Below are positions 42,336 through 56,526 of a DNA stretch of 64,000 nucleotides, in pieces. A model generated the notes under the pieces. That model was not told the origin of the DNA. It saw nothing but the letters and a program-made list of their open reading frames with translations, and searched no databases. Position 1 is the stretch's first letter. The number at the start of each line of letters is the position of its first letter. The DNA is from Heptranchias perlo. Its lineage: Eukaryota. The translations under genes were made by a program, and so were the position numbers. The stretch covers positions 372,001 through 436,000 of the forward strand of contig NW_027138796.1 in the NCBI RefSeq assembly GCF_035084215.1, in the 5' to 3' direction.

Positions 42336-45300
42336 TTATTCTTCCTCCTCCGCCTTTCTGTCCAGCGCAGAAGAATCGACGGCCACCTCTTCGTAATCCT
42401 TCTCGAGTGAGGCCAGGTCCTCCCGTGCGTCCTGGAACTCCCCTTCCTCCAGCCCCTCCCCCACGTACCAGTGGACAAAGGCCCGCTTGGCGTACATCTT
42501 ATCGAATTTGAGGTTGAGGCGGGTCCAAGCCAAGGAAATGGCGGTGGTGTTGCTCAGCATACAGAGGGCACGCTGCACCTTTGCCAGATCGCCCCCTGGC
42601 ACCACCGTCGGGGGCTGGTAGTTGATGCCAACCTGTGGGAAAAGAAAATTCTTCAGATTTCAGTTGCACAGAAAGGAGCTTCAAAATCAGAGCTGTTGGG
42701 AACCACGTAACGATCAGAAAGATAAATTTTTGAATCAGTGTGTGTCTTTGTACAAGAACCCAGCTCTGGTTATTCACTGGGCTCTTCCCCCAGTTTTCGA
42801 GCCTCAGTTTCTGATGGATGGATGCTGTGTAATGAGGCCAGATTCCGGGGCTAATTCCTTTCTTTAGTTCATCTTTTCCAATGAGGCCTTGATTTTTCAG
42901 GAAGCCTTTTCCTTGTTCGAGCAAGGACTTCTCCTTGGACATTCAGGGCAAAAATCAATGATTAGAGCCTCAGAGGGAGCTATTGTTTGGGCCAGGAATG
43001 GGGGACAGCTTTTGACCCAGACTGAACAGACGTATTGTTCACGTGGGATATGAGATTGTCAGAATCCATGTTTCCCCAGAGCCCCATGGATTGAACACAA
43101 AACCCACACTTACCTTGAACCCGGTCGGGCACCAATCAACAAACTGGATCGAGCGCTTGGTTTTGATGGTGGCGATGGAGGCGTTGACATCCTTTGGCAC
43201 GACATCTCCTCGGTACAGCATGCAGCACGCCATGTACTTGCCCTGGCGGGGGTCGCACTTCACCATCTGATTGGCTGGTTCAAAGCAGGCGTTGGTGATC
43301 TCTGACACAGATATTTGCTCGTGGTAAGCCTTCTCGGCCGAAATAAGGGGGGAGTAGGTTAATAATGGGAAGTGAATGCGGGGATAAGGGACCAGGTTGG
43401 TTTGGAACTCAGTCAGGTCCACATTGAGGGCACCGTCGAACCGTAGTGACGCCGTGATGGATGACACCAACTGTCCAATGAGACGGTTGAGGTTGGTGTA
43501 TGTTGGACGCTCAATGTCAAGATTACGCCGACATATATCATAAAGGGCCTCGTTGTCGACCATGAAGCCGCAGTCAGAGTGCTCAAGGGTGGAGTGGGTG
43601 ACGAGCACGGAGTTGTACGGTTCGACCACCGCAGTGGAAATCTGCGGCGCAGGATAAACAGAAAACTCCAGTTTGGATTTCTTGCCGTAGTCTACAGATA
43701 GTCTCTCCATCAGGAGGGATGTAAAACCCGAGCCGGTCCCACCCCCGAAACTGTGGAAAATGAGGAAACCCTGGAGTCCCGTGCACTGGTCAGCCTGTGG
43801 GCAAAGAAGGTACAAAACATTAAAAGGGAGCAGGAAATGGAATCTATCGTCAAAGGACAGTGAACACAGGACAGGAGCAAAAGTACTGACCGTCCCTGGT
43901 GAGAAGGGGCAGTGGGAGATGGGGAGAAGGGAGAGTGGGAGATGGTGAGAAGGGGCAGTGGGAGCTGGTGAGAAGGGGCAGCGGGAGCTGTTGGGACTAG
44001 ACAGTGGGAGATGGTGAACATAGGAACAGGAGTAGGCCATTCAGCCCCTCATGCCTGCTCCGCCATTTGATAAGATCATGGCTGATCTGTTATCCAGCTG
44101 CATATACCCGCCTTTGGCCCATATCTCTTAATACCTTTGGTTGCCAAAAAGCTATCCATCTCACATTTAAATGTAGCAATTGAGCTAGTATCAATTGCCG
44201 TTTGCGGAAGAGAGTTCCAAACTTCTACCACCCTTTGTGTGTAGAAATGTTTTCTAATCTCACTCCTGAAAGGTCTGGCTCTAATTTTTAGACTGTGCCC
44301 CCTACTCCTAGAATCCCCAACCAATGGAAATAGTTTCTCTCTATCCGTTCCCCTTAATATCTTATAAACATCGATCAGATCACCCCTTAACCTTCTGAAC
44401 TCCAGAGAATACAACCCCAATTTGCGTAATCTGTCCTCGTAACTTAATCCTTGAAGTCTGGGTATCATTCTGGGAAACCTACGCTGCGCTCCCTCCAAGG
44501 CCAATATGTCCTTCCGAAGGTGTGGTGCCCAGAACTGCTCACAGTACTCCATGTGCGGTCTAACCAGGGTTTTGTATATCTGCAGCATAACTTCTGCCCC
44601 CTTGCACTCCAGTCCTCTAGATATAAAGGCCAGCATTCCATTAGCCTTATTGATTATTTTCTGCACCTGTTCATGACACTTCAATAATCGATGTACCTGA
44701 ACCCCGAAGTCCCTTTGGACATCCACTGTTTTTAATGTTTTACCATTTAGAAAGTACCCTGTTCTATCCTTTTTTGATCCAAAGTGGATGACCTCACATT
44801 TGTCTATATTGAATTCCATTTGCCACAATTTTGCCCATTCACCTAATCTATCAATATCCCTTTGTAATTTTATGTTTTCATCTTCACTGCTTACAATGCC
44901 ACCAATCTTTGTGTCATCGGCAAACTTAGATATGAGACTTTCTATGCCTTCATCTAAGTCGTTAATAAATATTGTGAATAATTGAGGCCCCAAGACAGAT
45001 CCCTGCGGGACTCCACTGGTCACATCCTGCCAATGTGAATACTTACCCATTATCCCTACTCTCTGTCGCCTTTCGCTCCGCCAATTTCCTAACCAAGTCC
45101 GTACTTTTCCCTCGATTCCATGGGCTTCTAACTTAGCTAACAGTCTCTTATGTGGGACCTTATCAAATGCCTTCTGGAAGTCCATATAAATAATATCCAT
45201 TGATATTCCCCTGTCCACGACTTTAGTCACTTCTTCAAAAAATTCAATCAGGTTTGTCAGGCACGACCTACCTTTCACAAATCTATGCTGGCTCTCCCTG

Positions 45301-48300
45301 ATTAACTGAAAATTCTCAAGGTGTTCAGTCACCCTATCCTTAATTATAGACTCCAGCAATTTCCCCACAACAGATGTTAGGCTAACTGGTCTATCATTCC
45401 CCGGTTTCCCTCTCTCTCCTTTCTTAAAAAGCGGAGTGACGTGCAATTTTCCAATCTAGAGGGACAGTTCCTGAATCTAGAGAACTTTGAAAGATTATAG
45501 TTAGGGCATTTGCAATCTGCTCACCTACTTCCTTTAAAACCCTGGGATGGAAACCATCTGGTCCTGGGGATTTGTCAATCTTTAGTGCTATTATTTTCTT
45601 CATTACTGTTGCTTTACTTATGTTAATTTTATCGAGTCCCTGTCCCCGATTCAATATTAGTTTTGTTGGGATTTCCAGCATGCTATCCTCTTTTTCTACT
45701 GTAAATACTGACGCAAAGTAATTATTCAACATGTCCGCCAGTTCCCCATTGTCAATGACAATATCCCCACTTTCAGTTTTTAAGGGGCCAAACCTGCTCC
45801 TGACCACCCTCTTTTTCCTAATATAACTATAAAAGTTCTTCGTATTGGTTTTGATATCCCTTGCAAGTTTCTTTTCATACTCTCTTTTTGTAGCTCTTGT
45901 GAGAAGGGGCAGTGGTAGCTGCTGGGATGGGGCAGTGGGAGATGATGGGATGGGTCAGCGGGAGATGCTGGGAATGGGCAGGGGGAGTTGATTGGAATGG
46001 TCAGGGGGAGATGATGGGACTGGGCAGTGGGAGATGATGTGATGGGTCAGTGGGAGACGATGGGAGAGACAGTGGGAGATAATGAGATGGGGCAGTGGGA
46101 GATGATGGGATGGGTCAGTGGGAGATGTTGGGAATGGGCAGGGGGTGTTGATGGGAATGGGCAGGGGGAGATGATGTGATGGGTCAGTGGGAGACGATGG
46201 GAGAGACAGTGGGAGATATTGAGATGGGGCAGTGGGAGATGATGGGATTTGTCAGTGTTGGGAATGGGGAGGGCGAGCTGATGGGAATGGGCAGGGGGAG
46301 ATGATGGGACGGGGCAGTGGTAGACTGTGGGACTGGGCAGTGGGAGACTGTGGGAATGGGCATTGGGAGACTGTGGGACTGGGCAGTGCGAGATTATGTG
46401 ACGGAGCAGTGGAAGACTGTGGGACTGGGCAGTGGGAGATGGTGGGACGGGGCAGTGGGAGATGATGGGATGGGGCAATGAGAAATGATGAGACGGGGCA
46501 GCGGGAGATGATGGGACGGGGTAGTGGGAGATGGTGAGAAGGAGCAGTGGTTGCCGGTTCAATTAGGCAGTGGGAGATGATGGAGGGGTAGTGGGAGATG
46601 GTGAGAAGGAGCAGTGGGAGATGATGGGAGAGGTAGTGGGAGATGGTGAGAAGGAGCAGTGGGAGATGGTGAGAAGGAGCAGTGGTTGCCGGTTCGATTA
46701 GGCAGTGGGAGATGATGGAGGGGTAGTGGGAGATGGTGAGAAGGAGCAGTGGGAGATGGTGAGAGGGGGCAGTGGTTGCCGGTTCGATTAGGCAGTGGGA
46801 GATGATGGAGGGGTAGTGGGAGATGGTGAGAGGGGGCAGTGGTTGCCAGTACACAACTTACCACCTTCCGTATGCGATCCAAGACCAGATCCACTATCTC
46901 CTTGCCGATGGAACAGTGGCCCCGTGCGTAGTTATTGGCCGCATCCTCCTTGCCGGTGATGAGTTGCTCGGGGTGAAAGAGCTGTCGGTAGGTGCCGGTG
47001 CGGACCTCATCTGGGGGCAGGGAACGGAGAGTTAAAAACCTGAATATGCATCATTTCAAGTATTTTGATACAAGTCTGGCCATTTTTCTGGGAACATCTC
47101 TCAGTCCTGGGACCACCACCTTTGATCCAGACTGGAAATCCCTGACTGTCCACAGTGACTGGAGTATTGGAGATTGGGAGGAGAGGGGGAGAGACGATTG
47201 GCCAAGCAGCTTCAACTGTCGAGATCTCATGACCAACCCAGCAGCTGGAAGCAGCAAACCAGGAGGATGCCAGGAGCATGAAGGCCGTGTTCTGCTGTCT
47301 CAGTTGGTAGCTGGTGCGACAAATTGATCAGAGGAGTCGCAGGTTCCATTTGTGGCCTGTGCTGGGTCAGCTGATCTCAGCTAAGGTGGATATGAGCCCT
47401 GATATTAACCTCAGGACCCTGGGTGGGGGGTGGGACAGTAAACAATCCACCTGGGTACCTGCTGCTGTTCCTTACCCAATAACTGCACCTGGCAAATGAG
47501 TGTATGTGGGGGATGGGGTTAAGGTGGGGACAGTACTGAGCTCAGCTGTGATGGTGCCTGTGGTTGAATTGCTTGCAGGGACTCAATGTTTGGCCTAATA
47601 CTTGAAAGAATTGGTGAAGCACCGGAGAGACACGTGGGCCAGTGGAACCAGATTCTGGTAACGGGAAACACCTTCGGGGGAGGAGGGGAGATACTTGGAG
47701 GGGCCAAGACTTGGTCTGTGAGAAGGGAGTTTGTATCAAACAGCAACAAGAGGTAGCAGAACAGTGCCTGTCTGTATCAGGAGGAAGGACTGTACATGAG
47801 TAGGTGTATTGCAATGAGTTTAGTGACACACGACTAACCCATCAACAATCTCTCCCCTTACCGATCACAGTGGGCTCCAGATCTACAAACACGGCTCGGG
47901 GGATGTGCTTGCCCGCCCCCGTCTCACTGAAGAAGGTGTTGAAGGAGTCGTCCCCACCTCCGACGGTCTTGTCACTGGGCATCTGCCCATCTGGTTGGAT
48001 CCCATGCTCCAGGCAATACAGCTCCCAGCAAGCATTGCCGACCTGCACGCCGGCCTGGCCAATGTGGATTGAAAGACACTCACGCTAAAGAGTGGAGAAC
48101 ACAGGATTATTTACACAGGTAGGAGGACAATGCTTTATACAGTCAGTGGAGGTGGAAGGGAGAAGGGTGTGTGGGCAGCAACACGTTCCATTACAGTAAC
48201 CTGTGGATCCCGTCCATTCCCTGTAGATCTCACCTGCTGCCTGCTGGATCCCTTCTGTCCCTGTGCAACGTTCCACTACCTGTAGACCCCACCCCCTTCC

Positions 48301-49156
48301 GATGGACCCCTCTGCTCACGATGGATGTCTTCTCTCCGTGTGCGTTCCCACTCCCTGTGGACTGCCCTGTCCCAGAGGATTTGCCCACTGACTGTGGATC
48401 CATTGCTCAATGTGGGCCACTCACTTCCTGAGGAATTCCCCATATTTCTTAAAGATCCCACATTCTGCCATTGACCACCCTCGTTTGCTGTGGATATGCA
48501 TCACCCTGTGGATTCCCAATCTCCCTGTGACTCCTCTCTCCAGATGGATTTCCCACTTTCTCCGTGTGGCTGCCCCGAATCTCCCTGTGGATGCCCCCAG
48601 TCTCCCTGTGGTTCACTCCTCACTCTCTTTTCTGAAGCCCCTTCTCTCAACATCGATTACTGCTCTCCCTGTCGTTCTTCCTCTCTCCATGTGGATCCTT
48701 CTCTCCCTGTGGATTCCCACCCTCCCTGTGGGTCCTTTCCCTCTCCCTTGGGATGCATTACTCTGACTGGTTCCCTTCTCTCTCCCGACAGATTCCCACT
48801 CTCCCAGTGCATCACACTCTCTCAGTAGATCCCACTCTCCCTGTGGATCTACTCTCCCAGTAGATCCCACTCTCCCTTTGAATTCCTCTCTCCCAGTAGA
48901 TCCCACTCTCCCTTTGAATTCCTCTCTCCCAGTGGATCCCACTCTCCCTGTGGATCCCTCTCTCCCAGTAGATCCCACTCTCCCTGTGAATCCCTCTCTC
49001 CCAGTGGATCCCCCTCTCCCTGTGGATCCCTCTCTCCCAGTGGATCCCACTCTCCCTGTGAATCCCTCTCTCCCAGTGGATCCCCCTCTCCCTGTGGATC
49101 CCTCTGTCTCGGTGGAACACCCTCGCTCTGTACATTGCCCAGTGAGCTCTCACCAT
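42336..49156 (-). CDS. TUBA: Alpha-tubulin copy 4 (450 aa, 5 coding exons)
   Basis: Exons 49156-49154, 48084-47862, 47010-46862, 43794-43114, 42632-42336; GT-AG introns; intact frame. Residue 42 is Val. Confidence 0.95.
44017..45898 (-). mobile_element. 5'-truncated CR1 LINE in intron 3 of copy 4
   Basis: Same insertion; RT ORF 44076-45446 (456 aa) is uninterrupted to its end here. Confidence 0.92.
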
Positions 49157-49211
49157 AATCTCCTCCTATTCTCGCAGCTCTTGAGAATGTGCCTCGTGCT
49201 GCCGCTCCCGC

Positions 49212-49330
49212 TATTTATACCCCGCCCGATAGAACCCTCCTATTCAGCAAATCGGGCTCTGATTGGTCTGTGAGAACAATGGCCTATTGTTGCTTTGTTA
49301 AACGTAGCGTCGTTGCTCAGTGCTGATTGG
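49212..49330 (-). promoter_or_regulatory. Core promoter of tubulin copy 4
   Basis: Same TATA/GC/2xCCAAT arrangement. Confidence 0.8.
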
Positions 49331-49414
49331 TTCATTGTGTAAAAGGCGGAACCAAGAATTCGCAACATTCTTTTATGGGAGGAGCGCCAGGGAACAAGAG
49401 AATTCCCCTTACCC

Positions 49415-50423
49415 CCAGACCCCATCAATCAGACCCCCAACCCCCAGACCCCATCAATCAGACCCCCAACCCCCAGACCCCATCAATCAGACCCCCAACC
49501 CCCAGACCCCATCAATCAGACCCCCAACCCCCAGACCCCATCAATCAGACCCCCAACCCCCAGACCCCATCAATCAGACCCCCAACCCCCAGACCCCATC
49601 AATCAGACCCCCAACCCCCAGACCCCATCAATCAGACCTCCAACCCCCAGACCCCATCAATCAGACCCCCAACCCCCAGACCCCATCAATCAGACCCCCA
49701 ACCCCCAGACCCCATCAATCAGACCCCCAACCCCCAGACCCCATCAATCAGACCCCCAACCCCCAGACCCCATCAATCAGACCCCCAACCCCCAGACCCC
49801 ATCAATCAGACCCCCAACCCCCAGACCCCATCAATCAGATCCCCAACCCCCAGACCCCATCAATCAGACCCCCAACCCCCAGACCCCATCAATCAGACCC
49901 CCAACCCCCAGACCCCATCAATCAGACCCCCAACCCCCAGACCCCATCAATCAGAACCCCAACCCCCAGACCCCATCAATCAGACCCCCAACCCCCAGAC
50001 CCCATCAATCAGACCCCCAACCCCCAGACCCCATCAATCAGACCCCCAAACCCCCAGACCCCATCAATCAGACCCCCAACCCCCAGACCCCATCAATCAG
50101 ACCCCCAACCCCCAGACCCCATCAATCAGACCCCCAACCCCCAGACCCCATCAATCAGACCCCCAACTCCCAGACCCCATCAATCAGACCCCCAACCCCC
50201 AGACCCCATCAATCAGACCCCCAACCCCCATACCCCATCAATCAGACCCCCAACCCCCAGACCCCATCAATCAGACCCCCAACCCCCAGACCCCATCAAT
50301 CAGACCCCCAACCCCCAGACCCCATCAATCAGACCCCCAACCCCCACACCCCCAACCCTCAGACCCCTAACCCCCAGACCCCATCAATCAGACCCCCAAC
50401 CCTCAGACCCCATCAATCAGACA
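49415..50423. repeat. 29-bp minisatellite upstream of copy 4
   Basis: Tandem 29-mers. Confidence 0.95.
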
Positions 50424-51178
50424 CCCAGCACGAGGGAAAAACTTTCTTGACCTCGTCCTCACCAATCACCCTGTCGCAGATGCATCTGTTCATGACAGTA
50501 TTGGTAGGAGTGACCACCGCTCAGTCCTCGTGGAGACGAAGTACCGTCTTCACACTGAGGACACCATCCAACGTGTTGTGTGGCACTATCACCGTGCTAA
50601 ATGGGATAGATTCAGAACAGCTCTAGCAGCTCAAAACTGGGCATCCATGAGGCGCTGTGGACCATCAGCAGCAGCAGAATTGTATGCCAGCACAATCTGT
50701 AACCTCATGGCCCGGCATATTCCTCACTCTACCATTACCAACAAGCCAGGGGATCAACCCTGGTTCAATGAGGAGTGCAGAAGAGCATGCCAGGAGCAGC
50801 ACCAGGCGTACCTAAAAATGGGGTGCCAACCTGGTGAAGCTGCATCTCAGGACTATATGCATGCTGAAGAGTTGAAGCAACCTGCTATAGACAGGGCTAA
50901 GCGATTCACAACCAACGGATCAGATCAAAGCTCTGCAGTCCTGCCACATCCAGTCGTGAATGGTGGTGGACAGTTAAACAGTAACGGGAGGAGGAGGCTC
51001 TGTAAACATCCCCATCCTCAATGATGGCAGAATCCAGCGCGTGAGTGCAAAAGAGAAGGCTGAAGCGTTTGCAACCATCTTCAGCCAGCAGTGCCGAGTA
51101 GATGATCCATCTCGGCCTCCTCCCGATATCGCCACCATCACAGAAGCCAGTCTTCAGCCAATTCGATTCACTCCACGT
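50424..51178 (+). mobile_element. LINE ORF2 fragment, duplicate
   Basis: Paralogue of 21696-22450. Confidence 0.7.
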
Positions 51179-51330
51179 CAATCTGACCCCTTAAATCAGA
51201 TTGCCGTCAGTCAGACCCCCATCAATCAGACGCTATCAATCAGACTCTCATCAATCCGTCCCCCATCAATCTGACCACTATCATCAGACTCCCTCAATCA
51301 TACCCATCAATCTGACCCCATCAATCAGAC

Positions 51331-54300
51331 TGAGTGCAGCGGGGAAAGAGTGAGGAACTTGAGAGTTTGGTAAGTGTGGGAGTTTGGTGAAATGAGGGAA
51401 GGAGGTGCTCCTTTGCTTTGCCTTGCTTTTCCTAACTTTTTCTGCAGAGCGGCGGCTGACCTGAGCAGCAGCAGACCAAGAGCGGGGATAACTCGGAGCG
51501 CAGCAGGAGGTGGGAGCCGACCTACGGGACTACAGGAATCGGCATCGGAGCGCCAATAAAGGTTGAGGCTCGAAGGCCTACACTCACTCGGAGCGCAGCA
51601 GGAGGCGGGAGTAGACCCAGCTGTCACAGGAGAGCAGGTAGGTGATTGGCTGCGAAGTGTTACAGCTGCTTTTTTTTCCCCTCTGAGTTATGGAATTGGG
51701 TAAAATTAAAGTAAAAGCTGGGAGCTTAAAAGAAAACTTAAACTAGTTTATTAACGAGAGTAATAAAACTATAAATAACTGGTTTTAAGGCTTGATTTCC
51801 TTTAGTTTAGTTAATAATCTAAAAACAGAGGCATGGCAGAGCAGCTCACACGCGTCGAAGGCACGGCCTGTGCCATGTGGGAACTCCAGGACGCTTCCCG
51901 TGTCCTGGAAAACCACATGTGCAGGAAATGTTTCAGAGCTTGAGCAACACTGCAGTGCATCCGCGAGGCTGAGAGCTGCATGGATAGCACGTTTCAGGAG
52001 GTGATTACCCGCAGCTTAAGAGAGTGAAGGCAGAGAGGGACCGGCAGACAGCCAAGGAGGACCAGGCAGGTAGATCAGGAGTCTCCTGAGGGAATCTCAC
52101 TCTCTAACCGGTATACTGATGGGGGAGAGGGTTCCCTGGGGAGTGCAGCCAGAGCCAAGACCAGAGCACCATGGGTGGCTCAGCTGTACATTGGGGGAGG
52201 AGACAGGTTGGGAGAGCAATAGTGAAAGAGGATTCTATAGTTAGGGGGGCAGACTGGTGTTTCTGCGGCTGCAGGTGTGGTTCCAGGATGGCATGTCGCC
52301 TCCCTGGTGCCAGGGTCATGGACGTCACTGAGCGGCTGCAGAACATTCTGGGGTGGGGGAGGGTGAACAGCCAGAGGTCGTGGTCCATATCGGGACCAAC
52401 GGCATAGTTAGATAGAGGGATGAGGTCCTGCAGGCAGAGTTTAAGGAGTCAGGAACGAGATTAAAAAGCAGCACCTTGAATGTAGTAATCTCCGGATTAC
52501 TCTCAGTCTCACGCACTGGTGAGAATCGAAATAGGAGGATACAGCAGGTGACTGCGTGGCTGCAAAGGTAGTGCAAGAGGGAGGGCTTTAGATTCCTGGG
52601 GCATTGGGACCGGTTCTGGGGGAGGTGGGACCTGTACAAGCCGGACAGGTTGCACCTCAACAGGGCCGGGACCAATATCCTTGCGGGGAGGGTTGCTTGT
52701 GCTGTCGGAGAGGGTTTAAACTAGCTTGGCTGGGGGATGGGAACCTGAGTGTGGATTCAGATGGGGTAAAGTTGGAACTGGAAATGGAAGGCAGAAAATT
52801 AGTGAGTGAGTCTGGAAGGCAGAGGGAACGAAGGTTAGAAAATAAACAGAGGAGTTTTGCAGTCCTTAAATGTATTTACCTCAATGCAAGGAGGAGAGGA
52901 AATAAGGCGGATGAGCTGAGGGCACAGATAGACACGTGGCAGTATGATATCTTAACTATTACAGAAACATGGCTTAAAGAGGGGCAGGACTGGCAGCTCA
53001 ATGTCCCTGGTTACAGCGTTTTCAGACATGATAGAGAGGGGGATAAAAAAGGAGGGGTGGCAATTTTGGTTAAGGAAACAGTTAAAGTTATGAGGAGGGA
53101 TGATATTTTAGAAGGAGCATCAAATGAGGCCTTATGGGTTGAGCTCAAGAACAAAAAAGGGGCAGTCATACTCTGGGAGTGTACTATAGACCCCCAAACA
53201 GTCAGAGGGAGATAGAGGAGCAAATATGTGGGCAAATTTCTGAGAAGTGCAAAGACAATAGGGCAGTAATAGTCGGGGATTTCAACTACCCTAATATTAA
53301 CTGGGATACAAACAGCGTGAATGGTTTATAGGGTGCAGAACTCTTAAATTGCATACAGGAGAATTTTTTAGCCAGTATATGGCAAGCCCAACGAGAGGCA
53401 GGGGCAGTTCTGGATTTAGTTCCAGGAAATGAAGATGGGCAGGTGGAAGAAGTAGCAGTGGGAGAGCACTTTGGTGGTAGTGATCATAATACAGTTAGTT
53501 TTAGCATAGTTATGGAAAAGGACAAAGACAGAGCAGGAGTTAAAGTTTTCAATTGGGGAAGGCCAATTTTACTCAACTGAGAAGTGATTTAGCAGAAGTA
53601 AACTGGAAACAGCTACTTAAAGGTAAATCCGTGTCAGAGCAATGGGAGACATTCAAAGGGGAGATTCAAGGGGTTCGGGCTAAACATGTTCCAACAAAGA
53701 AAAAGGGAGGGGCTGCCAAATCTCGAGCCCCCTGGATGTCAAGAAGCATTCAGGGTAAGATAAGGCAGAAAAAGCAAACCAATGATAGACACCGGGAACT
53801 CAATACTACGGAAAGCTCAGAGGAGTATACAAAGGGCAGGGGTGAAGTTAGAAAGGAAATTCGGAAAGCAAAGAGAGGGCATGAAATAATATTAGCAAGT
53901 AAAATCCAAAGAAAACCCAAAGATGTTTTATCAATACATTAAGAGCAAGAGGATAACTAAGGAAAGATTAGGACCTATTAGAGACCATAAAGGTAAACTG
54001 TGTGTGGAGGCAGAAGATATGGGTATGGTTCTCAATGAATACTTTGCATCTGAGAGAGGGATGATGCAGGGATTGAAGTTAAGGAGGAGGAGTGTGAAAT
54101 ATTGGATGGGATAAACATAGTGAGGGAGGAAGTATTAATGGGATTGGCATCTTTGAAAGTGGATAAATCACCAGGGCCGGATGAAATGTATCGCAGGCTG
54201 TTTAAAGAAGCCAAGGACGCTTTAACAATCATTTTCCAAACTTCGCTGGATACAGGCATAGTACCGGAGGATTGGAGGACTGCTAACGTTGTATCGTTGT

Positions 54301-55726
54301 TTAAAAAGGGAGCGAAGGATAGACCGAGTAATTACAGGCCAGTCAGCCTAACCTCGGTGATGGGAAAATTATTCAAATCAATTCTGAGGGACAGGGTAAA
54401 CTGTCATTTAGAAAGGCACGGACTGATCAAGGACAGTCAGCACGGATTTGTTAAGGGGAGGTCATGTCTGACTAACTTGATTGAATTTTTTGAGGAGGTG
54501 ACAAGGAGGATCGATGAGGGTAGCGTAATTGATGTAATCTACATGGATTTTATCAATGCTTTTGACAAGGCCCCACATGGCAGATTGGTCACAAAAGTAA
54601 AGGCCCATGGGATCCAAGGGAATATGGCAAGTTGGATCCAAAATTGGCTCAGTGGCAGGAAGTAAAGGATAATGGTCGACGGGTGTTTATGCGACTGGAA
54701 GGCTGTTTCCAGTGGGGTGCTGCAGGGCTCAGTACTAGGTCCTTTGCTTTTTGTGGCATACATTAACGATTTGGACTTAAATGTAGGGGCATGATTAAAA
54801 AATTTGCGGATGACACAAAGATAGGCCACTTGGTTGATAGTGAGGAGGAAAGCTGTAGACTGCAGGAAAATATCAATGGACTGGTCAGATGGGCAAAAAA
54901 GTGGCAAATGGAGTTCAATCCGGAGAAGTGTGGGGTAATGCATTTGTGGAGAGCAAACAAGGCAAGGGAATACACAATAAATGGGAGGATACTGAGAGGT
55001 GTAGAGGGAGTGAGGGACCTTGGAGTGCATGTCCACAGATCCCTGAAGGTAGCAGGACAGGTAGATAAGATGGTTAAAAAGGCATATGGGATACATTCCT
55101 TTATTAGCCGAGGCATAGAATATAAAAGCAGGGATGTTATGCTGGAACTGCATAAAACGCGAGTTAGGCCACAGCTTGAGTACTGCGTACAGTTCTGGTC
55201 ACCACATTACAGGAAGGATGTGATTGCACTGGAGAGGGTGCAGAGGAGATTTACGAGGATGTTGCCAGGACTGGAGAATTTTAGCTATGAGGAAAGATTG
55301 GATAGGCTGGGGTTGCTTTCCTTGAAACAGAGGAGGCTGAGGGGAGATTTAATTGAGGTGTATAAAATTATGAGGGGCTGAGATAGAGTGGATAGGAAGG
55401 ACCTATTTCCCTTAGCAGAGGAGTCAGTAACCAGGGGGCATAGATTTAAAGTGATTGGTAGAAGGATTAGGGGGCAGCTGAGGAGAAATGTTTTCCCCCA
55501 GAGGGTGGTGGGTGTCTGGAACTCACTGCCTGAGAGGGTGGGAGAGGCAGAAACCCTCAACTCATTTAATAAATACCTGGATGTGAACCTGAAGAGCCGT
55601 GACCTGCAGGGCTACGGACCAAATGCGGGAAAGAGGGATTGGGCTGGATAGCTCGTTCCTCAGCCGGTGCGGACATGATGGGCCGAATGGCCTCCTTCTG
55701 TGCTGTAACTTTTCTATGATTTTATG
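51331..55726 (+). mobile_element. Degenerate CR1 LINE, duplicate
   Basis: Paralogue of 22603-27000; lacks one frameshift near 53043. Confidence 0.92.
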
Positions 55727-56526
55727 ACCCCCATCAATCAAGCCCCTTCAATCAGACCCCACTTCTCTCAGTCCCCATCAATCAGATCCCCAACAATCAG
55801 ACCCCATCAATCAGACCGGTGTGAGGACAACACAGTGTGCTGAGAGTTCGGTAAGTGTGGGAGTTGAAGGGTTAATCTCCTTAAATCTAGTGCATATTGC
55901 TTCAACTGTTTAAGGTCAATTTAAAAGTTTAAATTTCTAAGTTTCTGTCAGGCTTCAGCAGAGAGCTGCTGTAGCAAGTTAATTGGTTAGCTAGATTCAA
56001 TTTGGTACCTGAAGGTGGGGCAGGCCTGACTCATCTGAGTCTCAACTGTAGAAATACAGGGGCCTGTCAGTGCGGACAGCACGGTGTGAGGACAACACAG
56101 TGTGCTGAGAGTTCGGTAAGTGTGGGAGTTTGGTGAAGTGGGGGAAGGAGGTGCTGCTTTGCCTTGCTTTTCCTGCAGAGCGGTAGTGGACCTGAGAGTA
56201 GAAGACTGAGATTGTGGAATAAAAGCAGCAGCAGACCTGCACCAAGAGACCACTACTGTGCGACATCACAGGGACTTAACTCCTGGACCTAAGATAAATA
56301 AGAAGCAAAAAGTAATCCAAGTGGGACGTCACCAAGGAAGAGGTAAGTGATTGGCTGGTGAGTATTTTCCTGCTGAATTTGTCTAAGGTTAGAGTTTGTG
56401 GATTCTCTGGTCTCTGTTGTGTAGTGGGGGACTGCTGTTCAGCAAGGGCCCTTGAGTATACCTTTTTAATTGAAGTGAAATTGGTGGGATTCATTTAATT
56501 TGAATTAATTAGTTAAAGGGTAAGTC

